Positions 1 to 17,904 of a stretch of 64,000 nucleotides of DNA are shown in pieces (position 1 is the stretch's first letter; the number at the start of each line of letters is the position of its first letter). Under the pieces are notes generated by a model. The model was not told the origin of the DNA. It searched no databases and was given only the letters and a program-made list of their open reading frames with translations. The DNA is taken from assembly GCF_006345805.1 (NCBI RefSeq), contig NC_042999.1:83948001-84012000 (forward strand), written 5' to 3'. The translations under genes and the position numbers were made by a program. Source of the stretch: Octopus sinensis. Taxonomy: Eukaryota.

Positions 1-632
1 TAAGGTAAACAGTTTTTTCCGTCCAAGAAATGTTAGCAAGGAGATGGATAAGCAAGAAATAAATTCGTATTTTGATCAATAATGTAAAGCAAAATAACGA
101 TGGTTAAATGAAAGGACACTAACGTTTAAAATTATATCTCACATATTAAGGTAAACTTGTATATGCATTAGCTATGACTTACTTGGAAGTTCGCGTTTCT
201 AACATCATCTAATTTACTATAAGGGCATTTTCAGAATCAAAAACCATGATCAACGGATAGTTAAATAACAAAAGACAGCCAATAATTGTTTATGTAAAAT
301 CTCGCGAAATGCATACACAGTAACATAAAAAGCTGAAAATTTCGACAATTTTATTGTGTTTTATTGCTTTTTAACTAAAATATTAAGATAAGTAAGCGAG
401 CTCTAATAACAGAAGTAAGATTTGAAATATAATTAAAAATTAAAGTATGCGTATGATAATGCGATTTATAATAATGATAGAAATTATAACAATATTCGCA
501 ACTTACTTTTAGCAAAATTTACTGAAACGCTTTCTACTGTGGAAATCATAAAAGCAAAGATCAGAGTGAATGAAACGCTTTCTACTGTGGAAATCATAAA
601 AGCAAACTCAGAGTGAATAAATTTAATTTTTT

Positions 633-818
633 TATTTGATTCAGTCAATTCACTGCGACCATGCTGGAGCACCACCTTTAGTCAAGCAAATCGGCACCAG
701 GACCTATTCTTTGTAAGCTTAGTACTTATTCTATTGGTGATTTTTGCCGAACCGCTAAGATACGGGAACGTAAACACACCAGTATCTGTTGTCTAGCGAC
801 GTTGGGGGGACAAACACA
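633..818 (-). mobile_element. 3' half of tRNA-derived SINE family S1
   Basis: Reverse complement matches the 3' half of the full copies at 1711-2143 and 30774-31163 (cggttcggcaaaa...gaataagtact...ctccagcatgg). Confidence 0.75.
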
Positions 819-854
819 CACACACACGCACGCACACACACACGCGCGCACACA

Positions 855-911
<57 letters not shown>

Positions 912-1159
912 GAAATGTCAAGGTAGAAATTGCTAAAATAATATTATATAAAAACATTTCAGTACCGGTTTCAGTCATGGAGACTTTTTCAACTGTAAGT
1001 ATAGAAAACAATTTTTTCTTTTAGAAAAATTAAATGAAAAGTACTTTAAAAGAATATTTGCATAGTATTCAAATACAAGGGATATTTTCCTCGTTTCTGC
1101 CTGTCATTGTCTCTTTTGTTTACTCTTGTGAGTTCGAGGTCGTTGTGAATTCTTGGCAG

Positions 1160-1242
1160 GAAAGAAGAAGTAGAAGAAGAAGAAGAAGAAGAAGAAGAAG
1201 AAGAAGAAGAAGAAGAAGAAGAAGAAGAAGAAGAAGAAGAAG

Positions 1243-1271
<29 letters not shown>
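1160..1271. repeat. (AGA)n microsatellite
   Basis: About 37 nearly pure AGA units; source of the poly-R ORF in the track. Confidence 0.95.
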
Positions 1272-1275
<4 letters not shown>

Positions 1276-1305
1276 ATAATGTGGAAGTGCCATGATAGTA
1301 GTAGG

Positions 1306-1496
1306 ATGTTAAATGGTCAAGTGCCCTGAGAATGACTTGATGTGGATGTTAGCAGTGATTGAATTCTTGAGACATCTCTTTTGAATGTATTGTACGCGAA
1401 TATTATAAACAATACATTCAAAAGAGATATGTCAAAAATTCAATCACTGCTAACATCCACATCAAGTCATTTTCAGGGCACTTGACCATTTAACAT
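1306..1496. repeat. 88-bp inverted repeat (fold-back) with 15-nt loop, derived from a LINE 3' coding end
   Basis: Arms 1306-1393 and 1409-1496 differ at 4 positions. The left arm read on the minus strand translates to YIQKRCLKNSITANIHIKSFSGHLTI*, loosely like the IQK..L...AHIL end of the R4-type LINEs here. Confidence 0.85.
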
Positions 1497-1710
1497 TTGC
1501 ATGATATGTGGTATTACGACAACTGAACATTTTTCATACCGTCACAGCGAAACATTGACTAACACCCATACCTATACACATACATACACATACGTGCATA
1601 CAAACACACAAACAGGTACACACACACACACACATATGTATTGATATATATGCCACTGTCTGGTTCTTCATTTAGTAGAGGTAAAAGAAAACTTCGTAAA
1701 TGATAAACAA

Positions 1711-1872
1711 GGCGTAGGAGTGGCTGTGTGGTAAGTAGCTTGCTTACGAACCACATGGTTCCGGGTTGAGTCCCACTGCGGGGCATCTTGAGCAAGTGCC
1801 TTCTACTATAGCCTCGGGCCGACCAAAGCCTTGTGAGTAGATTTGGTAGACGGAAACTGAGAGAAGCCCGTC

Positions 1873-1908
<36 letters not shown>

Positions 1909-2143
1909 CTATGTATGTGTGTGTATATGTTTGTGTGTCTGTGTTTGTCCCCCCAATATCGCTTGACAACCGATGCTGGTGTGTTTACGTCTCCGTAACT
2001 TAGCGGTTCGGCAAAAGAGACCGATAGAATAAGTACTAGGCTTACAAAGAATAAGTCCTGGGGTCGATTTGCTCGACTAAAGGCGGTGTTCCAGCATGGC
2101 CACAGTCAAATGACTGAAAGAAATAAAAGAGTAAAAAGACTAA
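1711..2143 (+). mobile_element. tRNA-derived SINE family S1, full length
   Basis: A/B-box-like head (tggctgtgtggtaag ... ggttgagtccc), CORE-like cttgagcaagtg block, internal (AT)n/(GT)n and a (taaaagag) tail; multiple copies in the window. Confidence 0.85.
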
Positions 2144-3237
2144 AAGTAAGTTCCTGAATGCTAAAAGTTGGCATATATTTTTCTTTTACAACACCTTACT
2201 AGAAATGAGGTCATTTAAAAAGCTTTCTAAATTTAGCAGTCCGATTCATAAAATATATATCAGAGTATTTTACATTTATAGAAAAATTTGTATGGTAAGA
2301 CAATTAAAGGATAACTTTTATTCTTCCTTAAATGGTAGCTGAGAAAGAAAACTATCTTCGCTAAGATATGAATTTAAAATAAAAAAAGTTTGGTAACTAT
2401 AATGCTCTACCATATTTTGTCAATAAATGTTTCTCTAAGAGATAAGAAAGTATGTAAGTATCTGCTACGTGCGCATCTGCATTATGCGTGTGTTGCGCCT
2501 GCGAGTGAAAATTAGAGTAAGATAGACAAGGGGAAAACTGAAAAATTGAGATAATTTTTTATTCTTTAAATGAATGAGAGAGAAAACTATTTTCGATGTC
2601 TTAAGTTTACACCGTTTCTATATATCATGGCGATTTTCCTACCTATCTACCACTTCCTGACAACTATCAATCTTTCACCATCGCTTTTCAAACTTTGCTA
2701 ATCTGCCTTACGGAGATATGAGACTGAAGATATTTTCTTCCTTAAGTACTCTGAAAGGATTTTGCTGTGTACAAATCTTGGAAAATATTTATTAAGAAAT
2801 GGTGACATGGTTTCATAACAAACAATTATCAATGTATATGTGTGTGTGTGTGTGTGCGTATAAACATACATACACGCATATGTATATTGAATAAACATTG
2901 AATGAAGCGGTGACGTAAAAGTACGACTGAAAGAAAACAGATACATTTGCTGCATCAGACACAAATAATTCAGTGAGCGCTTAAGTTAATTTAGTGAACT
3001 AAGAAAATTTAATTAAAATTACACTTTAAATAATAATGTATTGCTTTTAACTAAGCACAGACATTATATACTTGAGTGAGAAAATGGAGGAAATCTGTAT
3101 CACCGATATATATATATATATGGAAGAAGAGACATTATAGAATAAATAACAAGAATTTTTAACTTCGACTCAAAGCAACACTGTTTTATAATCTGACTGG
3201 TACATATATATATATATAAAGAGAGAGAGAGAGAGAG

Positions 3238-3288
<51 letters not shown>

Positions 3289-3677
3289 GGAGAACTCATG
3301 TTTTTGAAAAAATAATCGAAAGAAAAAGTTAGTGACGTTCTGATAAAGAATTTGCAACATTTAAAAAAAAATTATAATTTAAATAAAAATATCTTTTTTT
3401 ATTTCGCTTTTGGATTTGGTTTGCAACGTTCTTTATGTGAGTTCGTGTGTTGAAGCATATTTTGTTGTGTCTGGGGAGGGTCATTCTCTTTTAATGCCGT
3501 ATTATTTATCTTTTTTATACTTAGTAAAACTGTATCAAGTAATTTTTACAAAGACTTTTAAATTTCGGGCCACTGACTGCTGACGACCCTAATATACCAC
3601 CTTAGCACGAGCTGCTACTCTGCACCGCCTGCACCAAGGTCACCGTTGGCAACCAACCCCATGCACAGGACTGCCAT

Positions 3678-3746
3678 TTACCAATCCCCAACGTTTACCA
3701 AACCCCAACTCTTACCAATTCTCAACGCTTACCAATCCCCAACGCT
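3678..3746. repeat. 15-16 bp minisatellite (ttaccaatccccaacg) x4
   Basis: Four imperfect tandem copies are visible. Confidence 0.7.
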
Positions 3747-5650
3747 TGTTTTGCGCGCGTATACTTTTGCACGCACGCGTGCACATATACTCGCGCATGC
3801 ATGTGTGCGCACACACTGATATGCATGGCATGCGTAAATGCATGCAAATATACATATATTCATATGAATGAATAAGCATGTGGAGTGTATGCGTCTGTGT
3901 GTGTGTATGTGTGCGTATGCGTTTGTATGTGTGTGCCTGTGCGCGATTGAGTGTTCGTCCAAGGGCGTGCGACGCGCGCGTGTGTATGTGTGTGTGTGTG
4001 TGCAGACTTACTCGTGCGCGCCTATATACTGATGTGCACACTCGCATCAATATACACATGCACGCAAAACTATATGAGCGAATCTGCACACCAACATATA
4101 GAACTATATATTTGCACATGTCGCTCCTTCCCACTTCCCCAAAGAAACTGATCGATTTCTAACTATGTTGGCTATGGTGGGATTTGAACTCAGAGCGTCA
4201 CTAGTCGGGAAAATACCGCAAGCCATCTGGGTAGACGTTCTTACAATTCCCCCAACCCTACATTTGTACAATTTTCTTTAACTATCTCTAAAAATAAACA
4301 GGGAATTTAGTCCGCGGAATGATTTGATTAACCTGAAGATATGCCGTAAGGTATTTTGTCCGTCGTGATAATGATTCTACCAGTTCGCTGCCGTAACATT
4401 ACATGTTTCTGCTATAGGCACAATTTTGAGAGAAGCAAATGAATCGATTACACCGGACTCAATATTTGACCGCTGCTTCATTTTATAGACCCCAGAAGGG
4501 TTGACACTTAAATTTGACTTCGGAAGGATTTCAACTCAGAGCGTAAAGAGACAAAAAATTCTTGCGAAGCATTTTGTCTCACGCATAAACGGTTCAGCCA
4601 GCTTACCGCCTTTGCCGCCCCAATAATAATAATGATAAATAATTAATCAAACTATCGACTCGTTTATGAGTGTGTCACTTCGAAGAAAAATGTTTCATTA
4701 GTTGGTGAAAGATACTTAAAACTTGACTCGTTAGCTACAAGTGTTCGCTGCGTGAAATAAGATTCTGAGAACATTACACATCCAGGCAGTAATATCACTG
4801 TATCATCATTATAATGAATGTTTGCGAGGACGTGTAAATTCCTCTCCCTATGTTTTACATTAAACCAATTCCCGACACTCAGTTCTTAAATAACAACCAA
4901 AGAGTCAACATTTTCTGCACACCCATTCAATCAGCCAAACATAAACACATAGCCATATACATAGGAATACACATGCACGCAAATAAATTATTTTATCCTT
5001 GCCCATTCTGTCACATAATTAGCATATTTTCTGATAATTACAGGCAGCTAATAAACATTATCTCCCTATAGACGAAAGTAACCACTGCTTCCTATCATTA
5101 GTTTAGCGGTTGTTAGAAAGAGGGAAAGAAGAAAACAAAATCAACCTTCAGAAACATTAAATACAAGATTAATTCCTGCAGTTGCTTTTTCTAGCACCGG
5201 CACAATAACACAGAATTTAAATACCAGAACTCACGCCATTGATTAGACATGGCCATGGATAAAACGAAGTGCAGTAATTAACTATGACATCTGAAGTGAG
5301 GGTCGCATACAGAAAGGTGAGCCATGAACAACAAATAAACGGCCTCTATCTGATCCTTTCATCTAAAACCAAAAAAAAAATTGAAATAGCAAAAATAGTG
5401 AAAGAAATTTAAAGAAAAATATTACATTTTCCAAAAAGAAAAAGAGAAAGAGGAAAAACATAGAACATGCATCCATTAGAATAAATTTGAAATTATTGCA
5501 ATGTGTGAATAATTGCCGTGAGGCCTTCTGTTGCAATAATCACTTCATAAGGATTACATTGCAGAAGGCGTGGAACTGACATACAAATTTGGTTAACGGT
5601 AAATTGGAGCATTAAATGGCTAACTGGTTATATTGCCGGACCAAACCACA

Positions 5651-5687
<37 letters not shown>

Positions 5688-5751
5688 GTGGTTGTTGTTG
5701 TTGTTGTTGTTGTTGCTGTTGTTGTTGTTGTTGTTGCTATTGTTGTTATTA

Positions 5752-5972
5752 TGGTAGAATCGTTACCGCGCCGGTCAAAGTCCTTAGTAGTATTTTGCCC
5801 GTCGCTACGTTCTGAGTTCAAATTCCGCCGAGGTCTTCTTTGCCTTTCATCATTTCGGGGTCGATGAAATAAGTACCTGTTATGCACTGGGGTCAATGTA
5901 ATCGACTTAATACCTATGTCTGTCCTTGTTTGTCCCCTCTATGTTTAGCCCCTTGTGGGTAATAAAGAAATG
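5752..5972 (+). mobile_element. SINE family S2
   Basis: Contains gttctgagttcaaattccgccgagg...gcctttcatc.tttcggggtcgat and the tail ccccttgtgggtaataaagaaat shared with 25442-25672. Confidence 0.8.
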
Positions 5973-6674
5973 GGTAAATTGGAGCATTAAATGGCTAACT
6001 GGTTATATTGCCGGACTAAACCACACATTATTATTGTTGTTGTTGTTGTTGTTGTTGCTATTGTTGTTATTATGGTAGAATCGTTACCTCGCCGTTCAAA
6101 ATCCTTAGTAGTATTTCGCCCGTCTCTACGTTCTGCGTTCAAATTCCGCCGAGGTCTTCTTTGCCTTTCATCATCTCGGGGTCGATGAAATAAGTACCTG
6201 TTCCCACCGCCCAAATTTCAGGTTTCGTGCCTATTATTGTTGATGTTGTTCTGGTAGAATCTTTACCACACCAATCAAAATCTTTAGCGGTATTTTTGTC
6301 TGTCGTTACGTTCTGTGTTCAAATTCCGCTGATGTCAGCTTTGATTTTCCTCCTGGTACTTAGTTTATCGACCCCGAATGAATAAAAGGCATAGTCACTC
6401 TCTGCAGAATTTTCACTCAGAACGTAGCTAGGGGTAAAATACCGCAACCATGGTACACTTATATTTTTGATTCTATATTTTCGGGAGGAGTTACTTCAGT
6501 TCTATATATATATTAATCAGCCCCACAATGGCCACAGCGCGTGAGCTGAAACTAGATGAAATAAATGAAATAAATAAGTAAAAAATGACAGGTTCATTTT
6601 TTGAACCTTTGGAAGACACAGATATGTCGAAATATCGTTCACTTGATAACAATGGTACTCTTCCATTATTATTG

Positions 6675-6757
<83 letters not shown>

Positions 6758-6760
<3 letters not shown>

Positions 6761-9530
6761 TAGTTTTATTTTTATAGCGTGCTTTCACTTCACTACCGAG
6801 CGCAGCTCTGTGTGTCTTGGGTATGTGTTGTGATTTGTTGTGATGCTCTGATGGTTATTGTATGGAAAGTGTTCTGCGTAGGATGTGTGCAGTGTCTAGT
6901 AGTGCAATTTTCTGTATGTTATATGTGTTTGTAAGTCCTGGTGTTTTTGTTATGTATTTGTCTGAATATTTTTTTATCATGCCTAATGCACCTACTATGA
7001 TAGGAATTGTTTCGGTTTTCAGATTCCACATTCTAGTTACCTCTATTTCCAGGTCTTTGTATTTTGAAAGTTTCTCCATTTCTTTTAGAGACACGTTGTC
7101 ATCTGCCGGTATTGATACATCAATTAGAAAGCATTTTTTCTTCATGATCTCTGACAACTATATCTGGTCTGTTGGCCTATCTGTGTGTATCGGCATATCC
7201 CAGAGTATGGTTGCTTTCTCGTTTTCTGTGACCTTTTCTGGTGTGTGCCTATATCATCTTTTTTCTGTTGTTATTCCATAATGTTGGCATAGCTTCCAAT
7301 GTATGTAGGTTCCAACTCTGTCATGTCTGTGAATATATTCCTTCTTAGCCAGGACTGGGCAGCTAGAGATAATATGATTTATTGTTTCTTGTCCATCTCC
7401 ACATATTCTGCAGTTACTTGTAATATTTCTTTTCATTACATGTTTTTGGTAATTTCTGGTGGGGAGGCTTTGGTCTTGTGCTGCAATTAAAAATCCCTCT
7501 GTTTCTGCTTTGAGTCCTGAGCTTCTCAACCATTGCTGGGATTTTTCTTTGTCTATTTCTTTTGCGTTTAGTTTAGTCCAGTATTTACCATGAAGGGGCT
7601 TTTCTTGCCATCGTTTTATCATGGTTCGTTGCTGTTCTATTTTTAGTTTGGATTTCATTTGTTTTATAGCTTTTGTTGTTTCTTCATCTTCTTCTTCTTC
7701 TTCTTCATGTTTATTAGGTGGTATGATTTCTTGTTTGTATTTGTCAGCTTCCTTAAATACTGAGAACAGTTTTTTGTTTTGCTCGTATTTTGCCGCTATC
7801 TGGATCAGTTTTCCTTCCTTCTGAAGTAGATATTTTTGCAGTCCTATGGTGGTTATTTTATAGTAGTTTTCCAGCTGTATAAGGCCTCTACCACCTTCTA
7901 TACGTTGTATATATAGTCTTTCTATGTCAGATTTTGGGTGATGCATCCTAGATCCTGTCAGTATTTTTCTTGTTTTCCTATCTATTTTGGTCAGTTCATT
8001 TCGTGTAGCTGTAACTTATAACTGGGACAGCTAAAGTGTTGATACCTATTATCTTGTTTTTAGCATTGAGCTCTGTTTTTAGTATTGATCTAACTCGTCT
8101 ATAATATTCTTTTTTTATTTTCTCTTTCATTTGTGTGTGCTGTGTCTTATCTAGTTCATGGATTCCTAAGTATTTGTAAGTTTAGCTTTGGTCTAATTCT
8201 TTTATTTCATTGGTTTTATCTAGTGTGATGTTGTTACTCTTAACTAGTTTTCCTCTTTTCATGGTTACTTTGGCGCATTTTTCTAATCCAAATTTCATAT
8301 CTATTTCTTTGGTAAATCCATGAACTGTCTTTAATAGTGTTTCCAGCTGTTTGTCATTTGCAGCGTATAGTTTTAGGTCATCCATATATAAAAGGTGGCT
8401 GATCGTTTTGTCGTAACATTTATATCCGCATCCAGTTCTATTTAGTATATCAGATAGAGGTGACAGGGCCAAGCAGAAAAGGAGTGGAGAGAGCGTGTCT
8501 CCCTAGAATATTCCTCTTCTAATGGGGATGACTTTGGTTTTCATGAGTCCCTCTTTTGTTTGGAGGTGTAGGACTGTTTGCCATTTATTCATAGAGTGCT
8601 CTATGAATTTTATGATTGTTGGTGCTACTTTGTTAATGGCTAGTGTTTCGAGGATCCATGTGTGGGGGTTGCTATCAAACGCCTTTTTGTAGTCAATCCA
8701 AGCCATACTGAGGCCTTTCTTCTTTCTGTGGCTGTCTTCAGTTATGGCTTTATTAATCATTAGTTGATCTTTACAGCCATATGAGCCTTTGCGGCATCCT
8801 TTCTGCTCTTCTGGGAACAGTTTGTTTTCGTCCAGGTGCTTGTTCAGCCTTTGCGATATCACTGCAGTAAATGCCTTGAACATAGTAGGGAGGCAGGTTA
8901 TTGGTCTGTAGTTTTCTGGTTTTTCTGTTTCATTTGATTTGGGAATTAAGATGGTTTTTCCCCTTCGTGAGCCATTCAGGCATTGTCTCTGGCTCTGCTA
9001 GTATGTTGTTAAAGTTTTCAGCCAGCTTTTTGTGCATTCCTGTTAGATATTTCAACCAGAAGTTGGGGATCTTGTCATGCCCAGGTGCCTTCCAGTTGCT
9101 TAGTCTTTGCAGTGCCTGGGTGACCTCTTCAGTTGTTATGGGGGTCCAAATTTGTTGAGATGCCGAGTTTGTTATTTTGATACTCCTTTTTTTGGGATGT
9201 TCGTTCGCCGACCATATTTCTCTCCAGAATTCTTCCAATTCTTCTGCCGTGGGTGCTGCAGTGACTTCTATTTTATTTTTGCCCAGTTCTTGGTAGAACT
9301 TTTTGGGGTTGGAGTTGAACTTTTTGTTTTTTTCAAAGAAGCGTTGGCGTTTCTCGTACCGTCGGATCCTTTGTGCTTTGGCAAGGATATCTTGCTTCAG
9401 CTTTTCTTTTATCTCAGGCAAATCTTTCTCTGTGATGTTATATTTGCGGAGTATTTTTGTTCTCTTTTTGTTTCTCAGTAGCGTTGATTGTTTGCTGATT
9501 TCATTAAGAATCGACAGGTCTTTTCTAATT
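6758..9530 (-). mobile_element. 5'-truncated R4/Dong-clade non-LTR retrotransposon (RT + CCHC + restriction-like endonuclease), disrupted
   Basis: Minus-strand ORFs give FPEEQKGCRKGS, AWIDYKKAFDS, HLLYMDDLKLYA, CRICGDGQETINHIISSC and LIDVSIP...EKLSKYKDL. The 3' UTR abuts (TAA)n. The frame is split by frameshifts. Confidence 0.9.
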
Positions 9531-9555
9531 TTTTATTATTATTATTATTATTATT

Positions 9556-9860
9556 CAGTAGTTTTATTTTTATAGCGTGCTTTCACTTCACTACCGAGCG
9601 CAGCTCTGTGTGCCTTGGGTATGTGCTGTGATTTGTTGTGATGCTCTGATGGTTATTGTATGGAAAGTGTTCTGCGTAGGATGTGTGCAGTGCCTAGTAG
9701 TGCAATTTTCCGTATGTTATATGTGTTTGTAAGTCCTGGTGTTTTTGTTATGTATTTGTCTGAATATTTTTTTATCATGCCTAATGCACCTACTATGATA
9801 GGAATTGTTTCTGTTTTCAGGTTCCACATTCTAGTTATTTCTATTTCCAGGTCTTTGTAT
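9556..9860 (-). mobile_element. Short 3' fragment of the same R4/Dong family as 6758-9530
   Basis: Near-identical 3' UTR and C-terminus (cagtagttttatttttatagcgtgctttcacttcactaccgagcgcag...); flanked by (TAA)n on both sides. Confidence 0.9.
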
Positions 9861-9879
9861 ATTATTATTATTATTATTA

Positions 9880-9927
<48 letters not shown>

Positions 9928-9957
9928 TATTGTTATTATTATTATTATTATTATTAT

Positions 9958-11016
<1,059 letters not shown>

Positions 11017-11060
11017 GCTGTTATTATTATTATTATTATTATTATCATTATTATTATTTT

Positions 11061-11154
11061 TCTATGTTTGACTTTTGCTTTATGTCTGTACAAGTTGGCT
11101 CCAAGTCTCACCCAGAGACCTCAAGAGACAACAGGTTAGAAGTTCTGTACCATA

Positions 11155-11155
<1 letters not shown>
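11061..11155 (-). mobile_element. 3' UTR-only stub of the second R4/Dong family
   Basis: Matches 9958-10050 (ctatgtttgacttttgctttatg...gagacctcaagagacaacagg); embedded in (TAA)n. Confidence 0.85.
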
Positions 11156-11197
<42 letters not shown>

Positions 11198-11198
11198 G

Positions 11199-11750
11199 AG
11201 TGAGTGAGCAGTTCATGCCATCAAAGTGGCACTGGGGTAAAGTATACGAAGCCCAATATACCCATCATGACTACCCGTCTGATAAGGGTACACCAGGCAC
11301 ATGCATCACAACCATATGTGCGCGACACGGTGATCTCATATCAAGATAAACAGCACATGACCTTGCAGGTGGGGCCCAGTTAGAATTTTCTTCAGGTTGA
11401 GTAGCCCATCCCACTCAAAAGGTCCCTGATTAAGGGTTGTTTGAGGATGTTGAAAGAACCACCCATGTTTCCAGAGGTGAATTATTCAAACCCCAAAGAA
11501 TCCCTCTCAACACATGGCTATGATGCTCGCTCACTACTTCTGCTCGTGATCAGAGATGCACATATCGTCAGCCACTAAGGGACATGCTCAACTGGTTATG
11601 GTCAAACAACTGACAAGCAAATCTGTGGTATTGAGCAGAATATTTGCTGTAGCCCATCTTTTATACCAAGGCAAAACAATGTACATGATAACACTTCCAA
11701 TCAGTTAAGATTAGAAGCCATGAGAGCCACAGCCTGGTACTGTGTCAGGG
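11199..11750. mobile_element. Unclassified interspersed repeat
   Basis: Recalled as a common octopus repeat (agcagttcatgccatcaaagtg...gaagccatgagagccac); no ORF; not verifiable within the window. Confidence 0.4.
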
Positions 11751-12084
11751 CATTTACTGCGTCCATACCACACAAAAAGTCCCTGAAGTAGAGTCATTTA
11801 CTGATGTTGAACAAAACACCTATGTTTCCAAAGGTAAATTATCCACACCCCAAAAAATTCTGACACCTAGTGCAGAGAAATGCTCTAAATATATTGGTAG
11901 GCAATTAAAATAAACACACCGAATTTTCCATTTATGAAGTCATGTGATAGAGAAAAAGGGGAAGAAAGAGAGAAAGAAGAAATAAAAAATAAACAAGTAA
12001 ACAAACGAAATAAAGGAGAGTAAACGGAACGAAACTTCCACAGCGACAATGCTCTTCTCAATACGTATGACATATCTATTTCTA

Positions 12085-12295
12085 TACTAACCACAAGGGG
12101 CTAAACACAGAGAGGACAAAGAAAGACAGGCAAACGGATTAAGTCGATTATATCGACGCCAGTGCGTAACTGGTACTTAATTTATCGACCCCGAAAGGAT
12201 GAAAGGCAAAGTCGACCTCGGCAGCATTTGAACCCAGAACGTAACGGCAGACGCTAAGCATTTCGCCCGGCACGCTAACGTGTCTGCCAACTCGC
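12085..12295 (-). mobile_element. SINE family S2
   Basis: Reverse complement of the S2 consensus (tttatcgaccccgaaaggatgaaaggcaaagtcgacctcggc). Confidence 0.85.
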
Positions 12296-12299
12296 CAAC

Positions 12300-13320
12300 G
12301 TGTGACATACCGTTTAAGACAACCTTTTGCACCTCTTGTATGGGTGTTAAGCCAGGGATCATTCTTAAATAATTTTCAGTTCCTTTTTTGATCATTTCAA
12401 ATGCTCCTACAATTATCGGTATTGTAACTGTCTTGGGATGCCGCATCTTTTCGATTTCGATCAGCAGATCTTTATATCTTCTGAGCTTATCAAATTCTTT
12501 TGCTGAGATATTATGGTGACAGGGTATGCTCAGGTCAATCAACAAACATACTTTATTCTTTTGATCTTTCACAACAATATTTAGTCTGTTTGCTTTCATG
12601 GTCCGGTCTGTATTTGCTGAGAAGTGTTTGTATCATTTGTCAACAGTTTTGATTTTATAATACCGACACATTAATCAGTGTAGATATTGGCCAAATCTGC
12701 CATGTCTTCATTTGTACTCTACAAGTGCTAAAAGCTTACATTCAGAGATTAGGTGGTCCACTGTTTCTATCCCATCTTTGCAGTGTAGGCACTTTGGTCT
12801 ACACCATTTTTCAAACATTGTTTTGATAGTATCGTTAGCTCGTCTATACATTTGATCTTGCCTCTCTTCAAGATTGACACACCACACTTTCTCATCCGAA
12901 ATCCATTCTGCCATCAGCAATGAAGGTATACACCATATCAACGTGGGAACTGACTTGGGCTTCATCTTTACCATAAAGTTTGAGGTTATCCATGAATAAC
13001 ATATGGTTAACTTTTTGTTGGCAGCTTTTGAATACGTACCCAGCTTTTGCTTTCCTCAGAATCAGCGTTAGTGATATCAAGCACATTACAAAGATCAGTG
13101 GGGACAGGCAGTCTCCTTGGAAGTTGCCCCTCCTGATTTCTACTGTCCCTAAACGTATGCTGTCACGTCCGTCCTCCAATCCGCCATATATTTTCCAAGC
13201 AATCGCTTGTCCCATCGGAAGAAAGCACAAATGTGAGCGAAAACTCAAGGATCACGTTTCATTGCAACGCATTGGTACAATTCTAAATATTCGATCTGCA
13301 AACACCATATCATGAATGCT
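12300..13320 (-). mobile_element. Degraded, internally deleted R4/Dong-related LINE
   Basis: RRGNFQGDCLSPLIF, KVNHMLFMDNLKLYG, CLHCKDGIETVDHLISEC and KYKDL-like RRYKDLLIEIEKM. Confidence 0.75.
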
Positions 13321-13344
13321 GAGAGATGAGAGGCCATACATTTC

Positions 13345-13381
13345 CTCTACTACTACTACTACTACTACTACTACTATACTA

Positions 13382-13427
<46 letters not shown>

Positions 13428-13436
13428 TGCTGCTGC

Positions 13437-13469
<33 letters not shown>

Positions 13470-13585
13470 TATTACTACTACTACTGATACTAGAACCATA
13501 AGCATTAGTACTTTCTCACTCTCTCCTACTACTAGAACCATTACTACTAGTAATTGCACTGCTTCTACTACGAATAACTACTTAC
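13345..13585. repeat. Compound (CTA)n/(CTG)n triplet microsatellite
   Basis: Visible directly. Confidence 0.9.
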
Positions 13586-13589
13586 TGTT

Positions 13590-16680
<3,091 letters not shown>

Positions 16681-17788
16681 TGTTTGTGTGTAAAGGCACA
16701 TACGCCACGATTTACATTTTCTACATTACTAAACACTCTCTCAGATCAGACACAGTCAACGTGCTATATAGCTTACACTGAAATCTAGAGACACTCACAC
16801 CCATAAACGTACACAGATGCATAATTTGATTACTATATATATATAAAACATATACAAATACATACGCACCCACTACGCACCCGCGCACACACACACACGC
16901 ATCTGTCTGTCTCCCATTTTGTCTCTCTATTTCTCTGTATATATATATATATATATATATATCTTAGTACATATTGATGTGATGCATACATATAAGAAGT
17001 GGTTTTTGAGTACATTTGTATATTTTCTTGGTATATTAATGTGTTCATTTTGATAGAATCGGAAAAAGGGAGATAGTTGATACATTTATGATAACTATGA
17101 AAAAAAAAAATAATAAAGTAAGGTATAAAAGAAAGAGAAAGTGTAATAATAAGAAGAAATCGGCAAATGAGACAGAATAATCTATATTTATGCCTGATAT
17201 TACACTGATAGGAATACGAAGACTGGATTGGCAAATGGCCTGACTGCTTTCATACTATATCAACAAAACACCAGAAATTTGTATGAGAAAACAGAAAAAT
17301 ATATATTTCACCTTCATTCCAGAATATATTCCAAAAGCAAAACCAGAGCAGAACCCCATTAATCTCTCTCACTCTCTCTCTCTCCCACTCTGTCCTCTCT
17401 TTCTCTGTCTATCTAAACACACATACAAACAGACTGACTGATAGACAGACAGACAGGCAGGTAGATAGATAGATGGATAGATAGATAGATAAACTGGTAA
17501 ATCGAAAGGGGTAAGAAAACTATGCAATAACGTGTAGTTTATTTATTCGTTCGTATCTGATGATTCACCCTTTCAAGGATTTTCGTTCTATCACCTGTCT
17601 TTCGACAAAATAATTCATTTTGCTGCCAGATTGATTGCCCGTGGGGAGAATCTCCGGATAGACACTGATCTTAACATCAGCTTTGAAGGAATACATTGAT
17701 TCGATTATAAACATTGGGTGTTATTATTCTTTTCATGTATATACGGAAGTGTGTACGTAAATGTGTGTATCTGTATATATGTATATAC

Positions 17789-17831
<43 letters not shown>

Positions 17832-17857
17832 GTGTGTGTGTGTGTGTGGTGTGTGTG

Positions 17858-17904
<47 letters not shown>

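Noticed and set aside
524-619. 48-bp tandem duplication
   Set aside because: An ordinary two-copy slippage duplication with no further structure.
5195-5316. Segment with a good acceptor and a GTGAG donor on the plus strand
   Set aside because: All three frames contain stops; at most a non-coding exon, and unsupported.
6758-9530. Autonomous active LINE
   Set aside because: 5'-truncated, and the ORF is broken into several frames.
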